This document shows positions 1 to 10,829 of a stretch of DNA of 64,000 nucleotides, piece after piece. Location: positions 28,706,001 to 28,770,000 of the forward strand of contig NC_043021.1 of assembly GCF_006345805.1 (NCBI RefSeq), given 5' to 3'. The notes below the pieces were generated by a model. It did no database searches. It saw only the letters and a program-made list of their open reading frames with translations, and was not told where the DNA came from. Numbering within the stretch: the stretch's first letter is position 1; every line of letters begins with the position of its first letter. The stretch comes from Octopus sinensis. Its lineage: Eukaryota. The position numbers and the translations under genes were made by a program.

Positions 1-1433
1 TATGAGATTGGTTGTGAGTTTTTAATTGTATAATTAATTTATTTATCTGTATGAGTGTGGGTGTAAATATTGTTGTATATCGAGTTTTAGTGAGTATGTA
101 TATGCGTATATGTGAGGGAGCATATGTATCTGTTGTGTGTGTGTGTTTTGCGTGTGTGTGTGTTTTGTGTGTGAATGTGTATTTGGGTTTGTTATTAGGA
201 TTTGGGATGTATGTGTTAATTTGTCTGTGTGGGGAGGGAGTGGTTTTTGTGTATATTGAGGTTTATAAGTTAGTATAGGTTTGTGTATAAGTCTTGGTCT
301 GTGGTTTACGTGTGGGTTTTTTGTGTGTGAATGTTTAGGTTAGGGGGATTGCTATATAAGTTTGTTATAGGGTTTAGCAAAGGGAGATTTTATCGTTATA
401 TGCTTTTATGAGTTTTGGTTTATCATGGTTTTTTTAGGTATTTGTGGTATTTTGTCTATTTTAGGTGTTGGTTTTTTTTACATTGTTTCATTAATAATTT
501 TTGAGTGGTGTTCGTTTTGCCACGTGAATAACCGGGTGGTGGACTAGCGTTGCTTGGAATGTGAATGGAATAGTGTAGTAGTGAGGTAGGCATAGAGAAT
601 GGGATTGGGTTACTGCAAGTTGTTTGTTAGAGATGTTAAGGTGAGTTAAAGCTCATAAATGTATATAATGTTTTTGTGGGTGTGTAAGTATTGTTGTATA
701 TGTAGAGTTTAGTGAGTATGTATAGGCGTATATGTGAGGGAGAGTATATGTATCTTTTGTGTGTGAGTGTTTTGCGTGTGAGTGTGTGTTTTGTGTGTGA
801 ATGTGTATATGGGTTTGTTATTTAGGTTTGGGATGTATGTGTTAATTGTCTGTGTGGGGAGGGAGTGGGTTTGGTGTATATTGAGGTTTATAAGTTAGTA
901 TAGGTATGTGTATAAGTCGTGAGTCTGTGGTTACGTACGTGTGTGTATTTGTGTGTGAATGTTTAGGTTAGGGGGTTTACTTTATAGGTTTGTTATAGAG
1001 TTTAGCAAAGGGAGATTTTATCGTTTATGTTTTTAAGAGTTTTGTTTTATCATGGTTTTTTTAGGGAATTCGTGGTAATTAGTCTATATTTTCGATATGG
1101 ATTATATATAGGTTATATATGGATTATATACTTATATTTTTTCATTTATACTTTAATTATTTAAAAGTATTATTTTTATATTTTATAATTTTGATTTTTT
1201 AGATTGGAAGTCCACCTGAAGATTGTCGATCAAGACAAGAAACGATTGTAGTGGCGGTTTTTTGACTATTTATTAATTTATGTATTGATTAAGTCTTTCC
1301 TTGTTTGTTTGCAAAATAGTGGTTTCGTCTCAAATAATATTTTATAATATTTTACTATAAAATGGATTTAATCCTAAATCTGATTTTTTTTCCTGTAAAT
1401 TTGGATATATCCCTAATATTTATTATTTATATA
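1..1433 (+). repeat. 5' pseudo-LTR (G/T-rich, with ~630-bp internal tandem duplication)
   Basis: Direct repeat of 4608-6040. Block ~51-520 recurs at ~680-1100. Confidence 0.85.
1212..1254 (+). ncRNA. Type I minimal hammerhead ribozyme
   Basis: ccac CTGAAGA ttgtc-gatcaa-gacaa GAAA C-gatt-GTA gtgg. Stems I (ccac/gtgg), II (ttgtc/gacaa) and III (AC/GT) are present, with a GUA cleavage triplet. Confidence 0.8.
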
Positions 1434-1481
1434 ATATTGATAATTTTGTATATTGAGTGTAATACCTCAATTTCGCAAATT

Positions 1482-3560
1482 ATGGATTTACAGGTAAGAT
1501 AGAACCGCTGTTTTGGGATTCATCTTTGAAAGATATTCCTATTCCTTCTAGAAAGGAATTTATCTTGAAACTTGTTAATAATGTTAAAGATTTTATTTCT
1601 AGAATTAAATGGAAAGCTTTTTACTATAATTTTTATTTATTTAATGATATTGATAGTAGGAATGATAATTATACCTCTAAATTTAAATCTAGAAAGGAAC
1701 CTCCATTTAATAAAGAATTACAATTACTTGAAGATAGTATATGGAAGGTGGTAAAAAATATTGAATTCCATAAATACCCAAATAGAAATAATGAATATTT
1801 AAGGAATTTAGCAATTAAATTAAAGATATGAGAAATATGGATAGTATTATAGTACAATCTGATAAAACAAGGAACTTATATAAATTAGATGTAAATTATA
1901 TGATAAACTATTAGGAAAGAAATAATTAAAAAATATAAAATTGTTCCAGATGATATTCTTTATAATATTAATAAGGCCTCTAAAGTAGTAATGTTAAAAT
2001 ATGAGTTGGATAATAAAACTGAACCTTATGTACCTTTGCACCCCAGAATTACTCTTAAAGACCATAAAGATAATTTTTATTCAGACCCTAAAGTTAGATT
2101 AATTTGCCCATGTAAATCGGACCTAGGTAAATTAAGTAAATTTATTTTAGAAATATATTGATAAGTTAAATAAACTTAATTATTTAAAATTATGGTTTAG
2201 TAATAATAATACATTGAAATGGTTTAATAATATAAAGATAAAAATCGTTATAAATTTATTCAAATAGATATAGATAATTATTATTCTTCTATTAATGAAA
2301 TTGTGTTTAATAAAGCGCTTATTTTCGCAATGAATAAAGTGGGCATGTCACGGGAAGAAGTTAATGTAATTAAATTGGCTAGGAAATCGCTAATTAAATA
2401 TAAAAATAAATTATGGGCTAGGAATGATACTAGAGATTGTTTTGATATACCTATGGGAGCACCAGATTCTGCACAGGCTACTGATTTAGTAGGTATTTTT
2501 CTTTTATCTGAACTCCAATTAGAAAATCTTAAGATAGAGGGTGGTTTATATAGAGACGATCTATACTAGTTACAAAGAATTGTACTAATAGGAATCTAGA
2601 AGTATATAAGAAAAAACTATATAGTTTCTTTAAAAGATATGGTTTACGTATTACTATATATAAGGAGAATTATAATGTTAATTATTTAGATGTTAATTTT
2701 AATCTTATTACAGGTTAAACACAACCATATCATAAACTTAATGAGAACCTTAGATATATAAATGTTAATAGTAATCACCCATTTTCTATTAAAAAATCGT
2801 TGATTAATAATATAAGTAAACGTATTTCATTACTCTCTTATGATATAGAGATTTTTAATAAACATACTAATTATTATAATGAGGCCCTTAGAGGGGCAGG
2901 TTATAATAAGAATATTAAATTTTATAATATTAGCGATAATGATTTAAATGATAATTTTCGAGATACTTCTAATAATAATTATAATTTTGTTACGTTTAGT
3001 GGTAAAAATAATAGATATTATAAAAAAATAATAAAAATGATAAAAATATAAATAAGAATAATAATATAATAATAAATATAATAATATAATATAAATAAGA
3101 ATAATATAAATAAAAATAAATTTAATAATTATTATAATAATTATATTGATAAATTTAATAATATTAATAATTCCTTAAATGCTGTACATAGATATAATTC
3201 TGATAATAATTTTAATAAAATAAAGAATTATAAATATATTTATAATAATGATAATAATAAAAGGTTAATAAGAATAAAATTTGGTTAATAGTTCCTTATG
3301 GAGATCAAGTTAAAACGAATATTATTAAAGAGATTTTAGATGTTATAGAACTATTTATTAGAGATAATCGTAAATATAGAAACATTTTCTCTTTTAATAA
3401 TTTTGGAGTGGTTACTCTACCACTAATAATGTTGGTAACATTATTTCTCATTTAATAAAATAAAACTGAATAATTTTTATAAAAAGAAATTATTTGTTAA
3501 TAATATTAATAATGATAAGACTTATATTAATTGTTGTCTAGGATTTAATTATAGTTAGTC
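1482..3560 (+). pseudogene. PLE reverse transcriptase, frameshifted
   Basis: Joined frames read SLKDIPIP...RIKWKAFYY, LKDHKDNF...PKVRLICPCKSDLGKLSK, FIQIDIDNYYSSI, FDIPMGAPDSAQATDLVGIFLL, GGLYRDD, VNYLDVNF, SNHPFSIKK, NEALRGAGY and KIWLIVPYGDQVKTNI. A GIY-YIG domain was not confidently identified. Confidence 0.85.
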
Positions 3561-4275
3561 TTATTGATATTTCTTTGTTTTAATTAGTTCATTTTTAATG
3601 TATATAATTAATTAGCAGTTTATGGTACGTTAAAACTTTAATAATTTATATTAGATTTTTTATTTTTATTTTTATTTTATTATTTTATTTATTATGTATT
3701 TTTATTTTGCATTTGTTATATGTATTTGAGGATATATTTATATGTTTTTGGGTGTTATTTAGTGGTGTTTTTATTGAGTTTTGTATGTATGTGTGAATGT
3801 TTAAGATCCCTTTGTTTTTTGTTTTTTGTTTGTATGTTGAATTGACAGATTTTATTTGGGTATTGTCTTTTATAATAAAGTACACACCCATAACAATTAT
3901 AAGTGCCCACTTCATTCGTTGTACTTGGGTTTGCATGTGAGCCTCAGCATATGCACCTAACGGCCACTCCAGCCCCACATGGATAAATAAACACATACAT
4001 CCCCTGTGTAAGTGTATCTCCGGTGTATATGTTGAGGCTTATATGTAGAGTTGTTGAAGGGAACGTCGTTGAATTGTGAATGAATGGGTAGAGTTGGGAA
4101 TTGTAACGGGTGGTGGACTAGTGTTGCTTGGAATTGTGAATGGATTAGGGTGGTAATGAGGTAGGCATTGAGTATGGGTTACTGTAAGTTGTTTGTTAGA
4201 GTTGCTAGGGTGAGATAAGCTCATAAATGTATAAACTGATTTTTCATGATAGTTTTTAAAGAATCCATTCATAAT

Positions 4276-4316
<41 letters not shown>

Positions 4317-4607
4317 TAGCGTTGGTTTGCTACGTGGAAATAGTTTTTAGTTCCATTTATTATATTTCTCCATTCATACTATGAATGACGTTTACTTTTT
4401 ATGGCGCGTATTCTTCTTTTTTTACATTAGTTATTCCAAGGTAACGTAATTTTGTTTGGTTTTTAACGGCTAAGAATCTAATTTCACTTCATAATTTGTA
4501 ACTGAATTGTAAGTATGTATTGATTTATCCTTATGTCATAATGTTATTTTTGTTATTCTGGTTAATTACGATGTATTTATTGTTGTTTTCATAAGAGTGT
4601 TTATGTA

Positions 4608-6039
4608 TATGAGATTGGTTGTGAGTTTTAATTGTATAATTAATTTATTTATCTGTATGAGTGTGGGTGTAAAATTGTTGTATATATCGAGTTTTAGTGA
4701 GTATGTATATGCGTATATGTGAGGGAGCATATGTATCTGTTGTGTGTGTGTGTTTTGCGTGTGTGTGTGTTTGTGTGTGAATGTGTATTTGGGTTTGTTA
4801 TTTAGGATTTGGGATGTATGTGTTAATTTGTCTGTGTGGGAGGAGTGGGGAGTGGTTTTTGGTGTATTTGAGGTTTATAAGTTAGTATAGGTTTGTGTAT
4901 AAGTCTTGGGTCTGTCTGTGGTTACGTGTGGGTTTTTTGTGTGTGAATGTTTAGGTTAGGGGGATGCTATATAAGTTTGTTATAGGGTTTAGCAAAGGGA
5001 GATTTTATCGTTATATGCTTTTATGGTTTTGGTTTATCATGGTTTTTTTAGGTATTTGTGGTATTTTGTCTTTTTAGGTGTTGGTTATTTTTTTACATTG
5101 TTTCATTAATAATTTTTGAGTGGTGTTCGTTTTGCCACGTGAATAACCGGTGGTGGACTAGCGTTGCTTGGAATGTGAATGGAATAGTGTAGTAGTGAGG
5201 TAGGCATAGAGAATGGGATTGGGTTACTGCAAGTTGTTTGTTAGAGATTAAGGTGAGTTAAAGCTCATAAATGTATATAATGTTTTTTGTGGGTGTGTAA
5301 GTATTGTTGTATATGTAGAGTTTAGTGAGTATGTATAGGCGTATATGTGAGGGAGTATATGTATCTTTTGTGTGTGAGTGTTTTGCGTGTGAGTGTGTGT
5401 TTGTGTGTGAATGTGTATATGGGTTTGTTATTTAGGTTTTGGATGTATGTGTTAATTTGTCTGTGTGGGGAGGGAGTGGGTTTTGGTGTATATTGAGGTT
5501 TATAAGTTAGTATAGGTATGTGTATAAGTCGTGAGTCTGTGGTTTACGTGTGTGTATTTGTGTGTGAATGTTTAGGTTAGGGGGTTTACTTTATAGGTTT
5601 GTTATAGAGTTTAGCAAAGGGAGATTTTATCGTTATATGTTTTTAAGAGTTTTGTTTTATCATGGTTTTTTAGGGAATTCGTGGTAATTAGTCTATATTT
5701 TCGATATGGATTATATATAGGTTATATATGGATTATATACTTATATTTTTTCATTTATACTTTAATTATTTAAAAGTATTATTTTTATATTTATAATTTT
5801 GATTTTTTAGATTGGAAGTCCACCTGAAGATTGTCGATCAAGACAAGAAACGATTGTAGTGGCGGTTTTTTTGACTATTTATTAAATTTTATGTATTGAT
5901 TAAGTCTTTCCTTGTTTGTTTGCAAAATAGTGGTTTTGTCTCAAATAATATTTTATAATATTTACTATAAAATTGGATTTAATCCTAAATCTGATTTTTT
6001 TTCCTGTAAATTTGGATATATTCCCTAATATTTATTATT

Positions 6040-6040
<1 letters not shown>
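4608..6040 (+). repeat. 3' pseudo-LTR
   Basis: Near-identical to 1-1433, differing mostly by 1-2 nt indels. It may start further left (~4310) because the first copy is cut by the window edge. Confidence 0.85.
5820..5862 (+). ncRNA. Type I minimal hammerhead ribozyme (second pLTR copy)
   Basis: Identical to 1212-1254. Confidence 0.8.
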
Positions 6041-6079
<39 letters not shown>

Positions 6080-6127
6080 TAGTGAGAGAGAGAGAAAGAA
6101 AGAGTGAGATAGAGCGCGAAAGAGAGA

Positions 6128-6281
6128 AGTGGCTGTGTGGTAAGTAGCTTGGTTACCAACAACATAGTTTCGGGTTCAGTCACACTGAGTAGCACCTTGG
6201 GCAAGTGTCTTCTTCTATAGCCACGGGCCGGCTAGAGCCTTGTAAGTGGATTTGGTAGACGGAAACTGAAAGAATCCCATC

Positions 6282-6354
<73 letters not shown>

Positions 6355-6410
6355 TGTATGTATGTATGTATGTATGTGTGTGTGTTTGTCTCCCCAAGAT
6401 CGCTTGACAT
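6128..6410 (+). mobile_element. Octopod tRNA-derived SINE (OK-like), 5' part with internal TA/TATG microsatellite
   Basis: Head gtggctgtgtggtaag...gggttcag, core gcaccttgggcaagtgtcttc, then ggtagacggaaactgaaag. The same family recurs at several places in the window. The family name is from recall. Confidence 0.75.
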
Positions 6411-6900
6411 CCTAAATTAAACACCACATGGATTTAATCACATGGATCTCAACCCTCCAAAGTAATTTTTCCAAGAACTATCATTGAACTCGAGATACAC
6501 AAAGACTTTACAATGTATCGGTATACCTATTTTTTTAATTTTTGTATGTGTTTATCATTTTTTGCAAAAAACAATGTAATTTTCTTTTTTCCCCTTCCTC
6601 AATTATAAAAAAATTTTCTTTTCACCTTACAATTCTTGAAAAGTCAAATTGCGACGAAAACCTGTTTGAATTAATATATATATATATTTTTTAATCGTTT
6701 AAAATTTTCCATACACCCATTTTCATTAGAATTTACCTTCAATTTAGCATTCTGCCTTTTTATAATTTTTCCTTGCCTAAATATATATATATATATGTAT
6801 ATGTATATTTATGTGTGTATGTGTGTGTGTGTGTGTGTCTGAAAATGATGGATATTTATAGTGATTATATATATATATATGTATGTATGTATATATATAT

Positions 6901-6950
<50 letters not shown>

Positions 6951-6954
<4 letters not shown>

Positions 6955-7385
6955 CGTATATTTGCCATCTCAATATGGCTACCCCTAAGGGTGGATGCTA
7001 CTGTAGTTTTTAGCCCCAGGAGGACACACTCCTCCAGCTGGCCATAGACACACTATCTGTGTCCTGTCAGTATTTGCAAAGGGAAGTCATCCTTCCCGTC
7101 TTCAACTTATGATACACACGGACTCGAGTTTCGAGGTATTGACCTCTCGTCAGCGTGTGACAATCATAGTTGTCGCCGAGAATTAGATTTCCTTCACAAA
7201 TACTTATACTTTTTCCAGCGTCCACTGTCGCTGATATTGAAAAAGTGAAATCAAACAATGATAAATATCAAAGTGAGTTATATACAGTAGCGGTAACACA
7301 TCGTGACGTATATTTGCCATCTCAATATGGCTACCCCTAAGGGTGGATGCTACTGTAGTTTTTAGCCCCAGGAGGACACACTCCT
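6951..7385 (-). mobile_element. Non-autonomous HHR-containing unit (PLE pLTR or retrozyme-like), 352-bp period
   Basis: Perfect 83-bp direct repeats at 6951-7033 and 7303-7385 enclose a canonical HHR. The unit starts immediately after a (TA)n tract. Confidence 0.65.
7116..7158 (-). ncRNA. Type I hammerhead ribozyme, canonical
   Basis: Minus strand: acacg CTGACGA gagg-tcaata-cctc GAAA C-TCGA-GTC cgtgt. Stem I is 5 bp, stem II 4 bp, stem III is the palindrome ACTCGAGT, and the cleavage triplet is GUC. Confidence 0.9.
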
Positions 7386-7445
7386 GGACACACTCATATA
7401 TATATGAGAGTATTGTAGTTCGCTTGAAGCATTGTGTATTGTTTG

Positions 7446-7629
7446 TAAAGAATAAAAAGTTTTGAATGGTACAACAATGCACTCTAATACAGACAATGGG
7501 CTATATACCTGTTGGAATTTAGTCATCTATAGTCTGATCAGATTATGAGTGACTAAATTACAACAGGTATACAGCCCATTGTCTGTATTAGAGTGCATTG
7601 TTGGACCATTCAAAACTTTTTATTCTTTA
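7446..7629. repeat. ~184-bp imperfect palindrome
   Basis: 80-bp arms at 7446-7525 and 7550-7629, centred on tgatca (7535-7540). Confidence 0.9.
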
Positions 7630-7674
7630 TATACATACATACATACATACACTTATACATACATATATATATAT

Positions 7675-7717
<43 letters not shown>

Positions 7718-7718
<1 letters not shown>

Positions 7719-8195
7719 CTCTTACCCCTGCTGGTGACAAAAGGCCTCTCGCTCAGAGTAAAAGGCAGACTGTATGATGCATGTGTACGTACAGCCATGC
7801 TACATGGTAGTGAAACATGGGCCGTGACTGCTGAGGATATGCGTAAGCTCGCAAGAAATGAAGCCAGTATGCTCCGATGGATGTGTAATGTCAGTGTTCA
7901 TAATCGTCAGAGTGTAAGTTCCTTGAGAGAAAAGTTGAACCTAAGAAGCGTCAGTTGTGGTGTGCAAGAGAGACGGCTGCGCTGGTATGGTCATGTGACG
8001 AGAAAGGCTGAAGATAGTTGTGTGCAAAAGTGCTACACCCTAGCAGTTGAGGGAACCTGTGGAAGAGGTAGACCCAGGAAAACCTGGGACGAGGTGGTGA
8101 AGCACGACCTTCGAACTTTAGGTCTCACTAAGGAAATGTCTAGAGACCGAGACCTATGGAAGTATGCTGTGCGTGAGAAGACCCGGAAAGACTAG
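7718..8195 (+). pseudogene. RTE-clade LINE, C-terminal end of RT ORF (5'-truncated)
   Basis: KGRLYDACVRTAMLHGSETW...RRLRWYGHVTR...GRGRPRKTWDEVVKHDL, an RTE-type C-terminus. Confidence 0.9.
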
Positions 8196-9705
8196 TCAGG
8201 CCATAACCCGTGGCCCCTACCTGGGACGTAGTCAGTCCTCCTGTGCATACCTTCCTTCTTGTGACACTTATGAAGACCTGTTGAGGCAAGTGAAAATCAA
8301 ATCAAACATCAAAATAGATGAACATCAGTGGAATTGTATTCTTTGTGGTACCAGTGCCGGTGGCCAACAAGAAAACCACCCAAACGTGGCCGTAGCCAGT
8401 ACCGCATCGACTGGCCTCCGTGCTGTGGGCACAACAAACACCATCCGATCGTGGCCGTTCGCAGCCTCATATGGCACCTGTGTCGGTGGCACATAAAGAC
8501 ACCATCCGAAGACCCGCGACGTAGTCAGTCCACCTGTGCATACCTTCCCTCTTATGACACTTGTGAAGACCTGTTGAGGCAAGTGTGTGACACTTGTGAA
8601 GACCTGTTGAGGCAGAGGCAAGTGTGTGACACTTTGTGAAGACCTGTTGAGGCAGAGGCAAGTGTGTGACACTTGTGGAGACCTGTTGAGGCAAGTGTGT
8701 GACACGTGTGACACTTGTGAAGACTTGTTGAGGCAAGTGAAAATCAAACCAAATCAAAATAGATGAACATCAATGGAATTTGTATCTTTGTGGTACCAGT
8801 ACTGGTGGCACACAAGAAAACCATCCGAACGTGGCCGTAGCCAGTACCGCATCGACTGGCGTCCGTGCTGTGGGCACAACAAACACCATCTGATCGTGGC
8901 CGTTCGCCAGCCTCATCTGGTACCTGTGTCGGTGGCACATAAAAACACCATCCGAAGACCCGGCGACGTAGTCAGTCCACCTGTGCATACCTTCCTACTT
9001 ATGACACTTGTGAAGACCTGTTGAGGCAAGTGTGTGACACTTGTGTAGACCTGTTGAGGCAAGTGAAAATCAAATCAAATCACAAATCAAACCAAATCAA
9101 AATAGATGAACATCAATGGAATTTGTATCTTTGTGGTACCAGTACCGGTGGCACACAAGAAAACCATCCGAACGTGGCCGTAGCCAGTACCGCATCGACT
9201 GGCCTCTGTGATGTGGGCACATAACAAACACCATCCGATCGTGGCCGTTCGCCAGCCTCATCTGGCACCTGTGTCGGTGGCACATAAAAACACCAACCGA
9301 AGACCCGGCAAGACTAGTCAGGCCATAACCCGTGGCCCCTACCTGGGACGTAGTCAGTCCACCTGTGCATACCTTCCTTCCTTCTTGTGACACTTGTGAA
9401 GACCTGTGAAGACCTGTTGAGGCAAGTGAAAATCAAATCAAAACAAATCAAAATAGATGAACATCAATGGAATTTGTATCTTTGTGGTACCAGTGCCGGT
9501 GGCACACAAGAAAATCATCCGAACGTGGCCGTAGCCAGTACCGCATAGACTGGCCTCCGTGCTTTGGGGACGTAACAAACACCATCCGATCGTGGCCGTC
9601 CGCCAGCCTCATCTGGCACCTGTGTCGGTGGCACATAAAAACACCATCCGAGCGTGGCCGTTCGCCAGCCTCGTCTGGCACCTGTGTCGGTGGCACATAA
9701 AATCA
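8185..9705 (+). repeat. Hierarchical tandem repeats in the RTE 3' UTR
   Basis: Unit starting gtagtcagtcc(a/t)cctgtgcatacc at ~8229, 8521, 8968 and 9350. A nested ~33-bp repeat gacacttgtgaagacctgttgaggcaagtgtgt lies at 8556-8740. Confidence 0.85.
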
Positions 9706-9878
9706 CCCACTACACTCTCGGAGTGGTTGGCGTTAGGAAGGGCATCCAGCTGTAGAAACACTGCCAGATCTGACTGGCCTGGTGCAGCCTTCGGGCTCCC
9801 CAGACCCCAGTTGAACCGTCCAACTCATGCTAGCATGGAAAACGGACGCTAAATGATGATGATGATGATGCTGATGAT
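9706..9878 (+). mobile_element. RTE/MetaSINE-type 3' terminal domain with (GAT)n tail
   Basis: ggcgttaggaagggcatccagctgtagaaa ... gctagcatggaaaacggacgctaaatgatgatgatg. Confidence 0.6.
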
Positions 9879-9956
9879 ATATCGATTTCATTTGGATTTG
9901 GAATCGTTTTGAGTTATTATAATATAATTATGATAATTATCATTATTATTATTATT

Positions 9957-10757
9957 CTATGTTTGACTTTTGCTTTATATTTGTACAAGTTGGCTCCAAG
10001 TCTCACCCAGAGACCTCAAGAGACAACAGGGTTGGAAGTTCATGTTGTTGTTATGCCTAGTGTGCCATATATTTGGGGGGTGGGGGTGTTGTACTAATGA
10101 ATGTCTAAAAAATGTTTTGTTTTTTTTTTAAACCGAAAATTATGTTTGTTTTAAACCTTGAGATTACATAGAAAGTATTTTGCGTAGGATATGAGCAGTT
10201 CCCATGAGCACTATCTTTTGAATTTCTGCCATTTTGGGGTTTCCTGGTATCTGAGTTAGGTAGCTATCAGCCCCTTTTGCTATCATTCCCAGGGCACCTA
10301 TGACAACAGGTATTGTTTTAGTCTTCAGGTTCCACATTTTGCTGATCTCTATTTCAAGATCTTTATATTTGCTCAGTTTTTGGTAGGTCTTGACAGATAG
10401 TTTATATCGATTGGGACAGTCATATCAATGAGGAGGCATGTTCTTTGTTTGAAGTCTTTCAATATGATGTCTGGCCTATTTGCATCTATCTTTCTGTCAG
10501 TTTGAATGGTGAAGTTCCAGAGGAGTGAGATGTGGTCATTTTCAAGCACTGGGGGTGGTTTGTGTTCCCACCAGTTTTTTTCATGGGGCAAATCCAGGTT
10601 TTTACAGATTACCCAGTGAATATATTGTGCAGCTCTATCGTGCCTGTTGAGATACTCTGTAGGCGCTAGAAGACTGCACTTGGAGACCACATGGCCAATG
10701 GTTTCATTTTGTTGCTTGCATACACGACACGTTGGACTGCTTCTGATCTTTAATATC

Positions 10758-10758
<1 letters not shown>
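9957..10758 (-). mobile_element. R4/Dong-like (RLE endonuclease) LINE, 3' fragment
   Basis: SKCSLLAPTEYLNRHDRAAQYIHW...LLWNFTIQTDRKIDANRPDII...LIDMTVP (CCHC tail plus PD-(D/E)xK). (ATT)n flanks both sides. Confidence 0.85.

Positions 10759-10824
<66 letters not shown>
10759..10824. repeat. (ATT)n microsatellite
   Basis: Pure ATT run between the R4-like and CR1-like fragments. Confidence 0.95.
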
Positions 10825-10829
10825 GTTTC

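Larger units (their letters stand above)
1..6040 (+). mobile_element. Penelope-like retroelement with pseudo-LTRs on both sides (left end runs off the window)
   Basis: PLE-type RT remnants at 1482-3560. Segment 1-~1433 is repeated at 4608-~6040. Each repeat carries a hammerhead motif near its 3' end, and the second ends in (TA)n. Confidence 0.85.

Noticed and set aside
330-350. TTAGGTTAGGGG telomere-like words in the pLTR
   Set aside because: These are only one or two units in G/T-rich sequence and are expected by chance.
1-600. Bisulfite-like or CpG-sparing C depletion
   Set aside because: A hand count gave about one third of the remaining Cs in CpG, close to what the high G content predicts. 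Only the strand skew is supported.
3850-3960. YKCPLHSLYLG as the GIY-YIG endonuclease of the PLE
   Set aside because: The resemblance is too weak, and no downstream R, H or N catalytic motifs were recognisable.
8240-9440. HHR-like reading of ctt(a/g)tga-cacttg...caagt-gaaa-atc in the RTE 3' UTR repeats
   Set aside because: The core lacks G5, stem III cannot pair and no stem I is evident. It is treated only as a hairpin.
8185-9705. CRISPR-like array
   Set aside because: The repeat units have no unique spacers, the context is eukaryotic, and there are no cas genes.
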